A DNA stretch of 63,588 nt, filler included, from Chiloscyllium plagiosum (GCF_004010195.1; 5 parts of one record of this genome joined end to end with filler, not necessarily neighbours in it); one strand, 5' to 3'. Shown: positions 24,239 to 37,736, numbered from the whole stretch's first letter. The notes: generated by a model from the sequence alone, not told the origin. Numbers and translations are program-made.

Positions 24239-25749
24239 GCAGGAACAACATGAACAGGCACAAGCCCAGAATCTATAAAGGAGCAACAACTCTTAAGAAA
24301 ATAGCAGAGACATGCCAAATAAAAACAGAAAATGCATTACACCACAATATAGACATTTTGCTTGCAATGTTTACAGAGCAAAAAGTTATTCAAGGAAATT
24401 GGAAAGCAAACGTCTAACCGTGGATGTCAGAGTCAGAAAGTGTGGCACTGGAAGAAGCACAGCCAGTCAGGCAGCATCCGAGGAGCAGGAGAGTCAACGT
24501 TTCGAGCATAAGGAATCCTGACGAAGAGCTTATGCTCAAAACACGGACTCTCCTGCTCGTTGGACGTCGCAGTCGTCACTTTCTCCTATTGAACCATGGA
24601 TGGACTATCCATTGACATTCTTTTACAATTCTAGTTTTAAGACAGAACAGGCTTTACTTTGGATCAGCAAAAAAGCTTGCACTGGATAACAGGCAGTCAA
24701 ATTTCTTGCTGAGGGATCTGAAATTTTCAGAGTGATTAAATTATCTGGTATTTCTTAAAACTACTGCAAATATAAAGGCAAAACCATTTCAATCTTTAGA
24801 AGATCAACATAAAGTTCAAGTCAATATCAGAATACATGGCCTCGAGTTCAAGTCATACTACTAATAGTCAGGAAAAGTAATCAGCTCATAAGCAGGCAGT
24901 GAAAGGAAGGTGTGGAATATGATTTCACCAATGATAACATAACTGAACAGCATATGGAATATGTTATTGCCTTTAAGCCCATCAAGTCTTTCAGAAAAGC
25001 ACTTTTGGACAGTTCATAACAATTGTTGCAGATCTGCTACATTTGCAAATTTTGGATTTTGGAGCAATAACTACAGCCATCAGTGGGTCCAGTAGAACAT
25101 CCAAATCTTGTACGAAGTATATCTCATCTCATTCACAACAACAGTTTGGAACATAGGCAAGCTATGTTCCATAACGTAACATAGAGCTGAAGTGTTTAGA
25201 AAATCCAGTCACCCAGAGAAATCCAGAGTAAAATATTATTCTTCACAACAGCTGATGAGAAATAGATAACTGAGGAGGAAAGCTAAAGAAGCTTCCAAAA
25301 TTCCATTCATGGCACACAAACATGTAAAAAAAAGTCCAAGAAGTAACAGCAATGTTATAGGTTGCAGACTGCTATCAGACAACTTGTGGTCAACTTGACA
25401 CACCAACAAAAACTGTCTGAAGCTTATATTTTCATCCAGGTGATACACGCCAGCAGAATAACAACATGCATTATATGCAGGAACAACACAAACAAGCACA
25501 AGCCCAGAATCTATAAAGGAGCAACAACTCTTTAGAAATAGTAGAGATATGCCAAAATAAAAGCAGAAAATGCATTACACCACAATATAGGCATTTTGCT
25601 TGCAATGTTTACAGAGCAAAAAGTTACTCAAGGAAGCTGGAAAGCAAACATCTAACCGTGGATGTCAGAGTCAGAAAGCATGGCACTGGAAAAGCACAGC
25701 CAGTCAGGCAGCATCCGAGGAGCAGGAGAGTTGATGTTTCGAGCGTAAG
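24239..25749 (+). repeat. ~270-bp direct duplication (24239-24512 and 25477-25749)
   Basis: Both copies read GCAGGAACAAC...AAGCCCAGAATCTATAAAGGAGCAACAACTC...AACCGTGGATGTCAGAGTCAGAAAG...TTTCGAGC with scattered differences. Confidence 0.9.
24427..24591. mobile_element. Degenerate palindromic PLE mini-element with mutated hammerhead, ~11-bp TSD
   Basis: CUGACGA-A-GAGC-UUAU-GCUC-AAAAC at 24518-24542; AACC(G/A)TGGATG at 24416-24426 and 24592-24602. Confidence 0.7.
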
Positions 25750-25996
25750 CTCTTCAGGCCGCACAGGAACCAAATATCATCTCTTTGTTTATCTTTAATG
25801 AGATGTATTTGGGAAACTGGGATAGCACAAAGTAGTCCATAAATCAACTGCTTAGAATGGGCTGACATTCCATCCCTCTGCACTATCTATCGTAAATGTT
25901 AATAGGGATGCTCAAGTTGGATACCTGAACCCTTTTTTTTACAAAGTTGAAACAGATGGATACCAATTATTGGTCTGGCAATATGAAATATCTACT

Positions 25997-26320
25997 GGGC
26001 GGCATGGTGGCACAGTGGTTAGCACTGCTGCCTCACAGCGCCAGAGACTCAGGTTCAATTCCCACCTCAGGCAACTGTCTGTGTGGAGTTTTGCACATTC
26101 TCCCCGTGTCTGCGTGGGTTTTCTTCCGGTGCTCCGGTTTCCTCCCACCATCCAAAAAATGTGCAGGTTAGGTGAATTGGCCATGCTAAATTGTCTGTAC
26201 TGTTAGGTGAAGGGGTAAATGTAGGGGACTGGGTGTGGGTAGTTGCTCTTCGGAGGGTGGGTGTGGACTTGTTGGGCCGAAGGGCCTGTTTCCACACTGT
26301 AAGTAATCTAATCTAATCTA
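25997..26320 (+). mobile_element. Full-length HE1-like V-SINE
   Basis: GGGCGGCATGGTGGCACAGTGGTTAGCACTGCTGCCTCACAGC (A box), GGTTCAATTCCC (B box), V-domain, CR1 tail, (AATCT)n. Confidence 0.92.
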
Positions 26321-26399
26321 CTTATTGTTATTATCCATGAAATGACAAACCCATCCATTACAGCATGAAAGATTCCAGACTGCAACATCAAGTCTGGAA

Positions 26400-27430
26400 C
26401 ATCAAGTCTATCACCTGACTAAACCTTTCCCATGTCCATTTAATGTATTCAACAATTTGAAAGGTAATTCTGTGTTTCATATGAAAAATGATGCCCAGCT
26501 CAGCTTCAACTCTGCCTTCAAGTGCATCATCTGTATTCAAGAAGTGCTCAAACTGCAGTTGGATTCTGTGGTACAAAACAATGCCAGCCAGAAAGTCCAG
26601 CTTCATATCGATTGATTCAGCATCAAAGCATATGTTTTGAAAAAAGATGGCACTATACTTATATATTGAGACCCAAGGCGGCTGAACAATGCATTAGAAA
26701 GTTGTCTACACAAGAGCCTGATACTGGAAGAGTTTAAATTCTCAAGTGTCTTGTGTGCATCCAAAACCATTGCCAAGAATGGACATTGGTGCATACAATT
26801 TTCCCTCGATTCACAAGATCTGATGACTTTTAGAGCACATCTTTGGTAGATGCTGCTTCTTCAGATTACTAGTGGGGTTATCTGTCAGACTGAACATATA
26901 CCAAAGAAGTATGGATTGTATCATTGAGAATCTACCAGGTTGTCTCTGTTATACAGATGACATCACATTTGAAGGGAACTAAACATGATCATAATATGAA
27001 CCTTCATGAGCACATGACATCAACAAGGAAACATAGTTTTGTTTTCATATACTGAAAAAAATGTCAAATCAACATGAGTCAAATTAACTTCTTCAGTTCA
27101 AATTACTCATCAACTGGTTTTAGACCTGATCATATCAAATATGAAGATACACAGAAGGTGCTCACACAACAAAAGGAGGCTGTTGTTTGTGTCTGTTTGA
27201 TTTAACTTTAAAAGTCACATACATTTTGTATTTTGTAACCAAGGTGTCTTCTGTTTGAGGTCTCTCTGCAGACAAATGTGATACAAATGGCAGAAGGATC
27301 AATGGTACATTTTTCAATCTCTCAAGAATACTATATCAGCTAGTCATTATGTACTTCAATATCATGATCTAACCAGCTCACTGTGTCAGAAGCAGATGAA
27401 TTTTAGAAAGGCATCAGAGAGTGTCTGCCA
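26400..27430 (+). mobile_element. Decayed Gypsy-type LTR retrotransposon RT/RNase H remnant
   Basis: Piecewise KKDGTI, DPRRLNNAL, AKNGHWCIQ, SQDLMTF, FGRCCFFRL, TDDI motifs; frameshifted. Confidence 0.65.
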
Positions 27431-27540
27431 GGTCCTTGTGACCACTTGAGTTACTTACTCCAACATTAAAAGTCAAACTCTTATTTTAGGTTTTGGATAG
27501 ACAGGCAGGTTTCATGCATATTCATTCAGCAAGTACTTCA

Positions 27541-27640
27541 NNNNNNNNNNNNNNNNNNNNNNNNNNNNNNNNNNNNNNNNNNNNTTAATTAATTAANNNN
27601 NNNNNNNNNNNNNNNNNNNNNNNNNNNNNNNNNNNNNNNN
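27541..27640. other. Artificial contig-joining spacer
   Basis: N44-TTAATTAATTAA-N44. Confidence 0.95.
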
Positions 27641-28420
27641 AAACACGATCAGAGACGTCACGTACCCTTGCACCTGGGAGGCAACATACCAAACGTGAGT
27701 CTCTCTCGTTCCCACAAAACCGCCTATCTGTGCCCCGAACTTTCGAGTCCCCAATTACTACTGCTCTGCTCTTCTTCGCCCTTCCCTTCTGAGTAACGGG
27801 GACAGGCTCGGTGCCAGAGACCTGAGCCCCGTTACTTACCCCTGGTAAGTCATCCCCCCCCCAAGTATCCAAAACGGTATACTTGTTCTTGAGGGGAACG
27901 GCTGCAGGGGGTCCCTGCACTGGCTGCTTCCTCCCAGTCCCCCTCACTGTCACCCATCTATCTGCCATCTTTGGAGTTACTACTTCCCTATAACTCTGAT
28001 CTATGACCCCCTCTGCCTCCCGAATGATCCGAAGTTCATCCAACTCCAGCTCCAGTTCCCTAACACGGTCTTGGAGGAGCTGGAGATGGGTGCACTTCCT
28101 GCAAGTGTAATCGGCAGGGACGTCGATGGCATCCCTCACCTCATACATGTTGCAGGAGGAACATTGCACTGCCTTCACTGCCATCCCTCTAAAGCTAACT
28201 TTTATTTTTAAAAAAAACTGGGTCTAAAGAATACAACAAGCAAAAATTCAGCACTTACCTACTTACCACAACAGATGTTATTATTAGGTTAGAGGAGGAG
28301 GGCGGGTGGGAGGCACTACCCGTGTAGTGCCTCGGGTTCTTCTCCTTCGCGCTTTTAAAGGGGGAAAAAACTACCCAGGTAAGCTTACACTAACTGCTTC
28401 CGGGTCTCGGAATGTGGATC
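27641..28420 (-). mobile_element. 5' end of a young CR1-type LINE (5' UTR + ORF1 zinc finger/leucine zipper/esterase start)
   Basis: Open ORF from 28184: CSSC...CRKC, LQDRVRELELELDELRII coiled coil, VVIGDS, CCLPGARVRDV; cut by the spacer. Confidence 0.88.
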
Positions 28421-30259
28421 TTGGGCCTTCTGCTCCAGAACTTAATTCACGCAAAAGCAGGAATGTGGCCACCCTTCCACCTGATTATGTTCACTTTCCA
28501 CCTCTAGGCTTAATGACTCCAGATCCAGAACATTCTGACCCTTGCCAATCAGTTAACAGGCTGAGACAAGTCACTCACGAACAAGTACAGTTTTAAATTT
28601 TGTGATGGTTTCTGGCAGTGAGTTACAGATCCATTGTATCCTCTGGATGAAAAGACCGACTCTCAAATCTCCCCTAAACATTATGATTCTTACCTAAGGC
28701 CTAAGCCAAAGGATACGTACTCCTCAACTACGTTAATGGACTTTCCAGTCCATTCTGCTCACCCCCCCTTTGAAGTGCATAGAACCAGTGCAGTTTGAGG
28801 AATAGATAGACAACCACCTCAATATTATCCTTAGCCATGTCCTAAGAATAAATTACATATTCTATTCTTTCTCAACAGTTGTGATACTATTTTTTAAAAA
28901 AAGCTTTTGCATAGTTTACAAAACAAAAAGAGAGAAGAAACAGTGCCGAGAGACATTTGAAATGTGTAATGCTTAAATATACTTTGATATACTTAATAAG
29001 TTCCCAATAGGAAGAAACAGAGTTCAATTTTGTTTTTTTGATGGGGGCAGTTAGAAGAAAAGATTTAGCATGTAGTATAATTTCATAAAACAAATGCAAG
29101 AACATTTCCAAACTGTGGGAAAACATCATGTGATTAGGTGTTGTGAGAGTGCCTTATGTCTGCACATCATGTGTGTTATGACCAGAACCTTGGCAAAGTT
29201 TGTCAATTCATCATTGTTCCAGATGGAATCCCACAAGATGTTAAGCTCCTGGATGAGGAGGGATGAACTGGTTTCCCTTCTTTTTCTCCTGCCTCTGCCT
29301 CCTTTGCTTGTGACAAGGTCAATTTGGAAAGGGTGCCTTCCATCGTGGACATCTTTCTCCCAGAACTAAATGTATTTATGTTTGAAAAGGAGACTATAGC
29401 CAGGTTTTCTTGAATTAATAAGAAGAATGAATTTATTAATTATTAAACACATGAGAATTTAGAGTTGAATTCAAAAGATAAAAGTAAAAGGGAAGATATC
29501 TGAATTGTTTATGAAGTAAGGACAGTTGAACATTGCAGTTGGTGTAGTAGATATTAAGGATAACATTTTTGTTGGTTGAATCAGTTGATTTTAAGGTTTT
29601 TAGTGGTAGTGCTCAAAGTGAGAGAGAGCCCTTTTATTTCTATTTTGCCTACAGGGCAAACATGTTTCAGCAGCTGTTCCCAAAACTAGTCCACACGTTG
29701 TAACATCAAGGTATTAACATACCCAGACCATTTTGTAACCCTTTTCTTTATGGAATGATAAAGTATAAAACTTCTGCAAATGGTAGCTTTATGCAGTGAG
29801 GTGGGAAGGAGGAAGGAGGATTAGTCTTCCCCCTTATTCTCCTTCTTGTTTCATTTTTACGCGCTGTTTGAAGTTTCTGTGACACTCTACAGGTGTAATA
29901 TTCCATGGGTTCCACAAAGCATTTGGCCAAACTGGGTTTGCATCTGCAGTTTTTTTTCACATGTAACAGATTTAGTTTACAAAGAAAGCACATGATGGCG
30001 TTACAGGTTAACATCCTTAATACCTTAAGGTTCTGATCTACCATCAACAATATAGGTTATTTTGTGAGAATATGCTCAACTACGCTTGATAATATAACTT
30101 AAACAGGTACAGCATGTATGTCAATTTTAGCTGTGTATCTTATCTGTGTATGTACTAATTTCACAAAATATTTTAAGGTGTGTTTGATGTTCCCTGTGTC
30201 TCAGGCAGCATAGAGTTTGGAAACATTCTCACTGTGGTAGAAGCTTACTGGAATCTGCA

Positions 30260-30626
30260 ATAGAGCCAGAGAGCTGTACAGTATGGAAACCAGACCCTTC
30301 AGTCCAACTCGTCCATGCTAACCAGATGTCCTAAATTAATCTAGTCCCATTTGCCAGCATTTGGCCCATATCCCTCTGAACTCTCTCTATTCGTATGTCC
30401 ATTCAAATGCTTTTTAAATGTTGTAATTTTACCAGCCTCCACCACTTCCTCTGGCAGCTCATTCCTTACATGTACCATCCTCTGTGTGAAAACATTGCCC
30501 CTTAGGTCCCTTTTAAATCTTTCCCATTTCACCTTAAACCTATGCCTTCCAGTTTTGGACTCCCCCACCCTGGGGAAAAGACCTTGTCTATTCACCCTAT
30601 CCACGCCCCTCATGATTTTATAAGCC
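30260..30626 (-). mobile_element. CR1-type LINE 3' end
   Basis: YKIMRGVDRVN...FTQRMVHVRNELPEEVVEA and CR1 3' UTR. Confidence 0.88.
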
Positions 30627-31825
30627 ATCTTTACATGCAGTACTCAAATAAAATGTTTCTGTCCAATGGAAATTTGATGAAAGAATAGCATAAACTTGAA
30701 GGCTCTAGTGTGCAATGGATAGCACCAATAATTTGTTTCTATTCCCATTCATTGCCTGGATTTTCAATTTTCTGTGTAGCTGAAAGCCTGATAACAGCAA
30801 AGGATGTTTGACGGCCGTCAGTGGAGCCATTTAAATCCCTACTGTTCATTTTAAATCCTAGTTTTATCCAATTACTTCATTCATTACAAAATACCTTGAG
30901 ATACGCTACATCTTGTGCAAGGCTTTCCATTTCCATTAGTGAATCGCAGCATTTCCGAGACATCAATCAGTCTGAGGTGGCTCTTTGGTGACAGCAAACA
31001 GCTTCTGCAGCAAATAATAATAGCAACCGTCATGAGCTTAGTCAATGATAAACTGATGATAAGGTGTGACATGGAGCCAAAACCTAGCCCCCAGTATCAA
31101 TTTATAGTAATGGAATAAACAACGGTGCAGTAATATCTCTTTTTTTTTAATTTGGAGAAAATAAACAGACTTGTTTCACGAGTCATGACACGAGTCATGG
31201 TGTGTGTCTTTTCGTGTAAGATGTCTTACTTTGGGATGGTCCTTAACTGTGCTGGTGTGTGTAAATGACGACAATGAGGTGGGAGATGTAGAGTGTTCCC
31301 ATCTCTAGATCAGTTGAGGATATCTGGTCAGCCTGAACAAATTGGACTGAACAGTCTGTGTCCATGCTATGCATCTCTATGACTTCACTACCATTGACTT
31401 TAGGGATTACAAGGCAAGGGTGGTAGTGAATCTTTAACTGGAAGTATGACACCTGATGAAGGTCATTTTAGAAGTAAGTGAGGCAGTATTGTATGCTTCC
31501 TTTTAGTTTCAAATCATTCAGAAACAGAAATCGCTGGCAAACCTCAGCAGGTCTAGCAACATCTGTGGAGAGAGAACAGAATTAACATTTCTCGTCCAGT
31601 GACCCTTCAGTGGAGAAACTCTTCCCATTCAGGGAAAAAAAAAGAATTAGTGGGTGCAGTTTTAAAGTTTATTGTAAAAGAAGCAAGATGAGGGAGAAAA
31701 AGAAACTTTTTAACAGTAAATAATATTGGTCTGGAAGGCAAAGCCTGAACGTCAGGTGGAGACAGGTTCAAAGGAGGAATTCAGCAGGGCATGGATAATT
31801 ATTTAAATAGAAACAACATGCAGGG

Positions 31826-32431
31826 CATAACAATGCTATAGCTTTAAGATGAGTATTTTGTTCTGGTTTTGTTTTAATGAAGAGACAGTGAGGCAGATGT
31901 AATGAGCAGTCTGTTCCAAGCCAATCGAGTAAGCAGCTTGTAAGGCCTTTTTTTTTTAAAGTTGAAACTTTAAAGAATGGGACCAAGCTCCTACAGAACC
32001 AAGATTTTTAGTTTTAGCTTTTTGCAATTGCTGGGATCTTGAAGCTGGGTGTGAAAGCTGTCATTCCTCCCTCTGTTACAGCTAAAAGCTGGGGTTCTCT
32101 TCCTGCTGTTAGAATTGCATGTGAGACGATCTATCATTTGCACAGGGTGTGTTTATAGGATGTTTCTCTTTTGGAAGAGATGCTGATTAGTATTCAAATA
32201 ATCTATTATTCTGTTAAGTTTTTCAGTAGCGTTACGTTATTCCAATTCTTTCTTTTATTTGTATATTAACTGTAGTGTAAAAATAACATGTTTTGCTTCA
32301 AGCCTGGTAGTCTGATCAATCAAATTACATTCAGAACACAATGCTTTACACTTGCCTTTCAAAAAAAGAAAAAGTAGGGGTCTAGGCTATCTCTTAAAAT
32401 ATTTTGATAGGGTTTAGTCTGATCCATAACA
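31826..32431. mobile_element. Solo-LTR-like element
   Basis: Ends ...GATCCATAACA; reverse complement aligns with 47798-48419; possible AGGG TSD. Confidence 0.55.
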
Positions 32432-32524
32432 AGGGGTTATGGGTGATGCCAAGAGTTTGGCCTAAAATCAAACTGATCAGAAAGCCAGTGCAGATAGGCA
32501 TCAGATACAGATATCAGTGGTAGT

Positions 32525-32746
32525 ATCTTTACTCAGAGTATAGGAGGGGTGTGGAATGGCCTGCCTGCAACCGTAGTAGACTCACCAACTTTAAGAGCAT
32601 TTAAGTGGTCATTGGATGACATTTGGACGAGAATGGAAGGGTATAGGTTAGATGGGCTTCAGATTGGTTTCATAGGCGGCGCAACATTAAGGACCAAAGG
32701 GACTGTATTGGGCTGTCATGTTCTATGTTCTAATGTTCTATGTTCC
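32525..32746 (+). mobile_element. CR1-type LINE 3' end
   Basis: WNGLPATVVDSPTLRAFK and (TGTTCTA)n tail. Confidence 0.8.
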
Positions 32747-33766
32747 AAATGAGATATAGGTTGAATTGGCTCCTTCTGGACTGTGACAATTCTGAGGTTC
32801 TGTGATCGATTGAGTACTAGCCCCTGCTCTGTTGACTGGCGGAAGGTCATATCCATTCAGTGAACTGAAGTCGGTCTCAATATGGGACCGACATGGCTGG
32901 CATGTTCCTGTTGATATCGGCACCATGACCTTAATTGTCTAAAAGCCACTTGTGGGCACATAGCTGGCAGCCCCCAAACCAGCACATTTTAAAGTGACCT
33001 ATCGGCTGAAACTGGAAACAAATCAGAATGATTTGGCTGGCTGACGATGGAAAATTAGTGGACAATCCACTTCCTCTCCTCTCTCTGTGGTCATTTAAAC
33101 TATCAGCTCAGAGAATGGTGACATGTTTAGGGATTGGGTACAAGTTTGAGAATTTTGAGGTACTGTTGGATCATGTTGTGTATCACCAAGGTTAGCGGGG
33201 TGTAAAGTTCAGGAACCAGATGTTTCGGTCAAGTTTGTGTCAGGAGATCAGATAGGAGAGGACTTCAATAGTCCTAACTCCAGGTATAAATACATGGACA
33301 AGGGTTTGTTTTGATGGTCTGAGGCAAAGGGTGGAAACAGGCAATTTGAAGAGGTAAAATAAGTTGCTGTAGTTATAGTCAAGCAGGAAGGGAGCATAGA
33401 AACACAGCAAGTCAGAGTAGGAATAGTCAATTTAATCCATGTGCTGGCTCTGTCATTCAGCTACATCATGTCTGATCCTCTATTTCAGTAAGCCTTTTTG
33501 TCTTAAATTTGTCTGTCTCTGTATTGAATGTGCTCAACGACTGAGGCTCCATAATCCTCTATTGTAAACAATTCTATGAGTGAAGAAATTCCTCCACATC
33601 TTGGTCCTAAATGGCTTATTTCTTATTCTGGTGCTGTGCCCCTTGGTTCTAGAACCCCACCCCCCCAGTCAGGGAAATCATTCTTCCTCAATCTATCATC
33701 TTGAGTCCTGTAAGAATTTTATCTTTTTTAATGTGAAAAGTTGGTTTAACCTGAGACAATGTCTGA

Positions 33767-34069
<303 letters not shown>

Positions 34070-34297
34070 TAATTATTAACTGTGGTTATATGTGTAACAT
34101 AGAGCAGAATGTAAATTGTACTACAGCACATCTCTTAAAAACCATTTTTCTAGGATTGGGAAATATTCCAAAATAAGCCATTAAGGTTGTGTCATTTGAG
34201 AAGAAACAAACTGAAAAATAAGTTTGGAAATGCTGCAATGTTGAAACTTTATTGCTGGAACAGCACAGCAGGTCAGGCAGCATCCAGGGAACAGGAG

Positions 34298-34333
34298 ATT
34301 CGACGTTTCGGGCACAGGCCCTTCTTCAGGAAT
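34298..34333 (-). ncRNA. Minimal type I hammerhead ribozyme (intact)
   Basis: Minus strand AUUC-CUGAAGA-A-GGGC-CUGU-GCCC-GAAAC-GUC-GAAU; stem I AUUC/GAAU perfect. Confidence 0.85.
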
Positions 34334-34334
34334 C

Positions 34335-34370
34335 ATTCCTGAAGAAGGGCTTGTGCCCGAAACGTCGAAT
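34335..34370 (+). ncRNA. Minimal type I hammerhead ribozyme (intact)
   Basis: AUUC-CUGAAGA-A-GGGC-UUGU-GCCC-GAAAC-GUC-GAAU; predicted cleavage after C34366. Confidence 0.85.
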
Positions 34371-37300
34371 CTCCTGTTCCCTGGATGCTGCCTGACCTGC
34401 TGTGCTGTTCCAGCAATAAAGTTTCAACTTTGATCTCCAGCATCTGCAGACCTCACTTTCTCCTGGAAATGCTGCAATGCCTTGTGAAGAGATGACGTTA
34501 TTGCTGGGCTGCCAGAAATGTAGCTAAACTGACTTTGCTTTTGGTTTAACCAATAGCTAAAGCAATAATTATTTGCCACCATCAAAGACAGTAATGACAT
34601 TAAAAGAAGTTTTTCTCAAAATCACTAATGCAAATGAGGGGATGATGCATCAATGAATTGATGAAACTGAGAAATGTCGATGATATATGTTACTGGCAGA
34701 ACAACAGGATCCCAGGTTTGATGTGTGCCAGTCCTCAATGAAGATGCAGCAGAAGCAATACAATTGATTTTAGTATTCTTTGGTATACAGGAGAAAAGTA
34801 CCAGTAAGACTTCTCTTTCATTAATATCACAGATAGTAGTGTAGAACTTCCCCTGATACATGAGCCCACCTCCATCCCTGTTTTTCAGCCAATAAATGCA
34901 TTCTGGGGACTATATTCTCAACTTTCCACCTCAGACATGCGTGTTCAGAGTTATATTCTTCTTATAAGTTGGTGTATGAAATCAAGGAGGCAGTATGGGC
35001 CATGTTGTCCAAGAAAGTACATGGGAATTTAAGGCAGAGCAACATTCAGGAAGTCATGCATGACCATCAGAAATTAGGCCTCTACATCAGTACCAGTAGT
35101 TCATAGTTCATACAGAGTGTGTAAGTCCATTCTTTGAAGAATATTTTGACATTTCTAAGAACAACTTATCCACCACAATGTTGTTTTTGTTTAATTCAGT
35201 CAACAGTGAGATGTTGAACGATGATTCCATCTGCTATAAATACTAGATGTTAAAGATCCAATGACACTGTTTCAAATAAGGTCTGGTTAATATTTATTCC
35301 TGAAGAAACATCCAAACCAAATGTTGGACTGTTTGTTACATGAGTGGCTGTGGTATCTTACTGAGTGCAAAATGGCAGCCAGGTTTTGGACATCCACTCA
35401 TGACTACATTTCAGAAGTACTTCAATGCATTTGGGGAAGCACTGAGGTTATGACAGATTCTATGTAAATTCAAATGCTTTCTCATTTTGTGTGTGATAAC
35501 CTGACAGCTGATCATCCATCTGTTCTATTGAATAACTAAGCTGCTATGATCAAGAGGTCCAGATTTGATTTGTTGTGGCACTGCGTGGTGCCAGTGATCT
35601 AATCTAGCTAAATGGGGAAAACAAAGAAAATCACAGAAAATCATTCAGGAAAGAAAATCTGCCATTCTTACCCAGACTCATCTCACTACATCTCCAGATC
35701 AACAGAAAATGGCTGCTATATTGCCCTTTGAAGTGGCCTGGGAAATCAACCGTTTGGACAAAGTAGGAAAAAACTGTATTTAATTGCCAGATGGGCTGCT
35801 TCCTATCTGCTTGACAATTGGACATAACAAAGATATACTCCGCCCAGCCAACGCTGCAAAGTCCTCCTCATTGATATCTTAACTCCTGTTCCAAGGCTGG
35901 GTGTATTTTCTCCCACCAAAACAATAGATCCAACAGAGATGGCAACATAGCAGTATATACTCACCGGAAAATGGCCCCTGGAGTCGCAACAATTATCCTG
36001 ACCTCGTTGAAATCTCTTATCATCAGATCAAATATGAGCTAGAAGACTGTACGCCATCTATTACCCTTCTTCAGCGCATGGATCAATACTCCTCCAGATA
36101 GAATTCTCAGTGGAAAAAGTACTGAAAGAATTCTGGGTGGGAGACTAAAATACCTATTAGTAAGAATGTCTTTGTAGCACTACTAATCAGTAATTATCTA
36201 GTCAACTTCTGAAGGACATTGGATTTGCACTGGGCCTGCAGTAGTTAATAAGGAACTACTTGACCTTATTCTAACTCATCTAACCATCACAATTGCATTT
36301 GTCCATGACCCTATTAGTAGCTGTGATGGAGATGATGTCTCTGTTTACACTGAAGTCATTTTCCATCGTATTGTGGAATACCACTAGCATGATAAATATA
36401 ATGTAACAGCTCAAAGTTAGGGGTGACTGAGAGATTATGGGCTATTATCAGTAGCAGAATTGCATCCGACCAGAATCTTTAACGTCATGGCACAGGCAAC
36501 TTCCTCATTTTAACCACTACCAGCAAACGGCGGGATCAGCCAAGGTAGTAGAGCAGCACTGACAGTAGAGAGACAATAGAGAGTCGAAAAGCATGCTAAG
36601 AGCAGCACCAGGCATTGAGGTGCCAAACTGGGGATGCGACAACACTGAATGGAATGCATGTTAAAGAATAGGACAAAATGCATTAGTTGGAGCTAAATGA
36701 TCCCATACCAATAGATCAGATCAAATATCTGCAGTCCAATCACATTCAGTCATGAATGGTAGTGGATATTCAATTAATGGGAAAAGAAGATTCCAGTGAC
36801 TATCGTCATTCTCAATGATGGGAGCGGCCAGCAAGTCAGTACAAAAAACCAGAATGGAGCCAGCAGACAGGCGTGACAGTCATTGACATAGATTTTAGCA
36901 TCTACCTGACACCATGCCAGCATGACAATAAATAAAATAGATGTGTGAACATTACAAAGAAGCATAAGCACAGGAGAAGGCAATTAGCCTCTCATGCCTG
37001 TTCTGCTATTCTTGATCATAGCTGGTGACAACCTCAGCTCCTTTTCATTATGCTATCCTCATATGCATGATGTTATTAATATAGAAATCTATTGATCTCT
37101 GACTTGAATGTTTCCAATGTCAACCTCCATTGTCTCCTGGGGTAAAGAATTTGAAGATTTCCTGCTACTCTCAGTGAGGGCAATACACAGAGTTATCCTG
37201 TATTGCATAGTACAACAATACGCAATACTTGATTTTCAAGTTGCAAAACTTACTTGCTTTTTATGTGAAGCAGATCAACTTTCATCAGCATTTATAGTTC

Positions 37301-37463
37301 CAAGAAATGAAAATTATGTAGTCTCTTACACTCCTCAAAAAGGAAATCACGTTTTCATGCCAATTATGTAAGATACATTGAAGACTATTGTTAGGATGCA
37401 CCGAAATTGAAGTTAACTAAAAGTACGAGTAATAATGTTACAAATATATATCTCGTTTGTTAA

Positions 37464-37736
<273 letters not shown>

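Larger units (their letters stand above)
34241..34463. mobile_element. Palindromic twin-hammerhead PLE-derived mini-element, 16-bp TSD
   Basis: Near-perfect inverted repeat 34240-34428 centred on 34334, plus 35-nt tail; TGGAAATGCTGCAATG at 34225-34240 and 34464-34479. Confidence 0.92.

Noticed and set aside
25997..26075. tRNA gene
   Set aside because: The tRNA-like sequence continues into the V-domain and LINE tail, and recurs in several copies; it is a SINE head.
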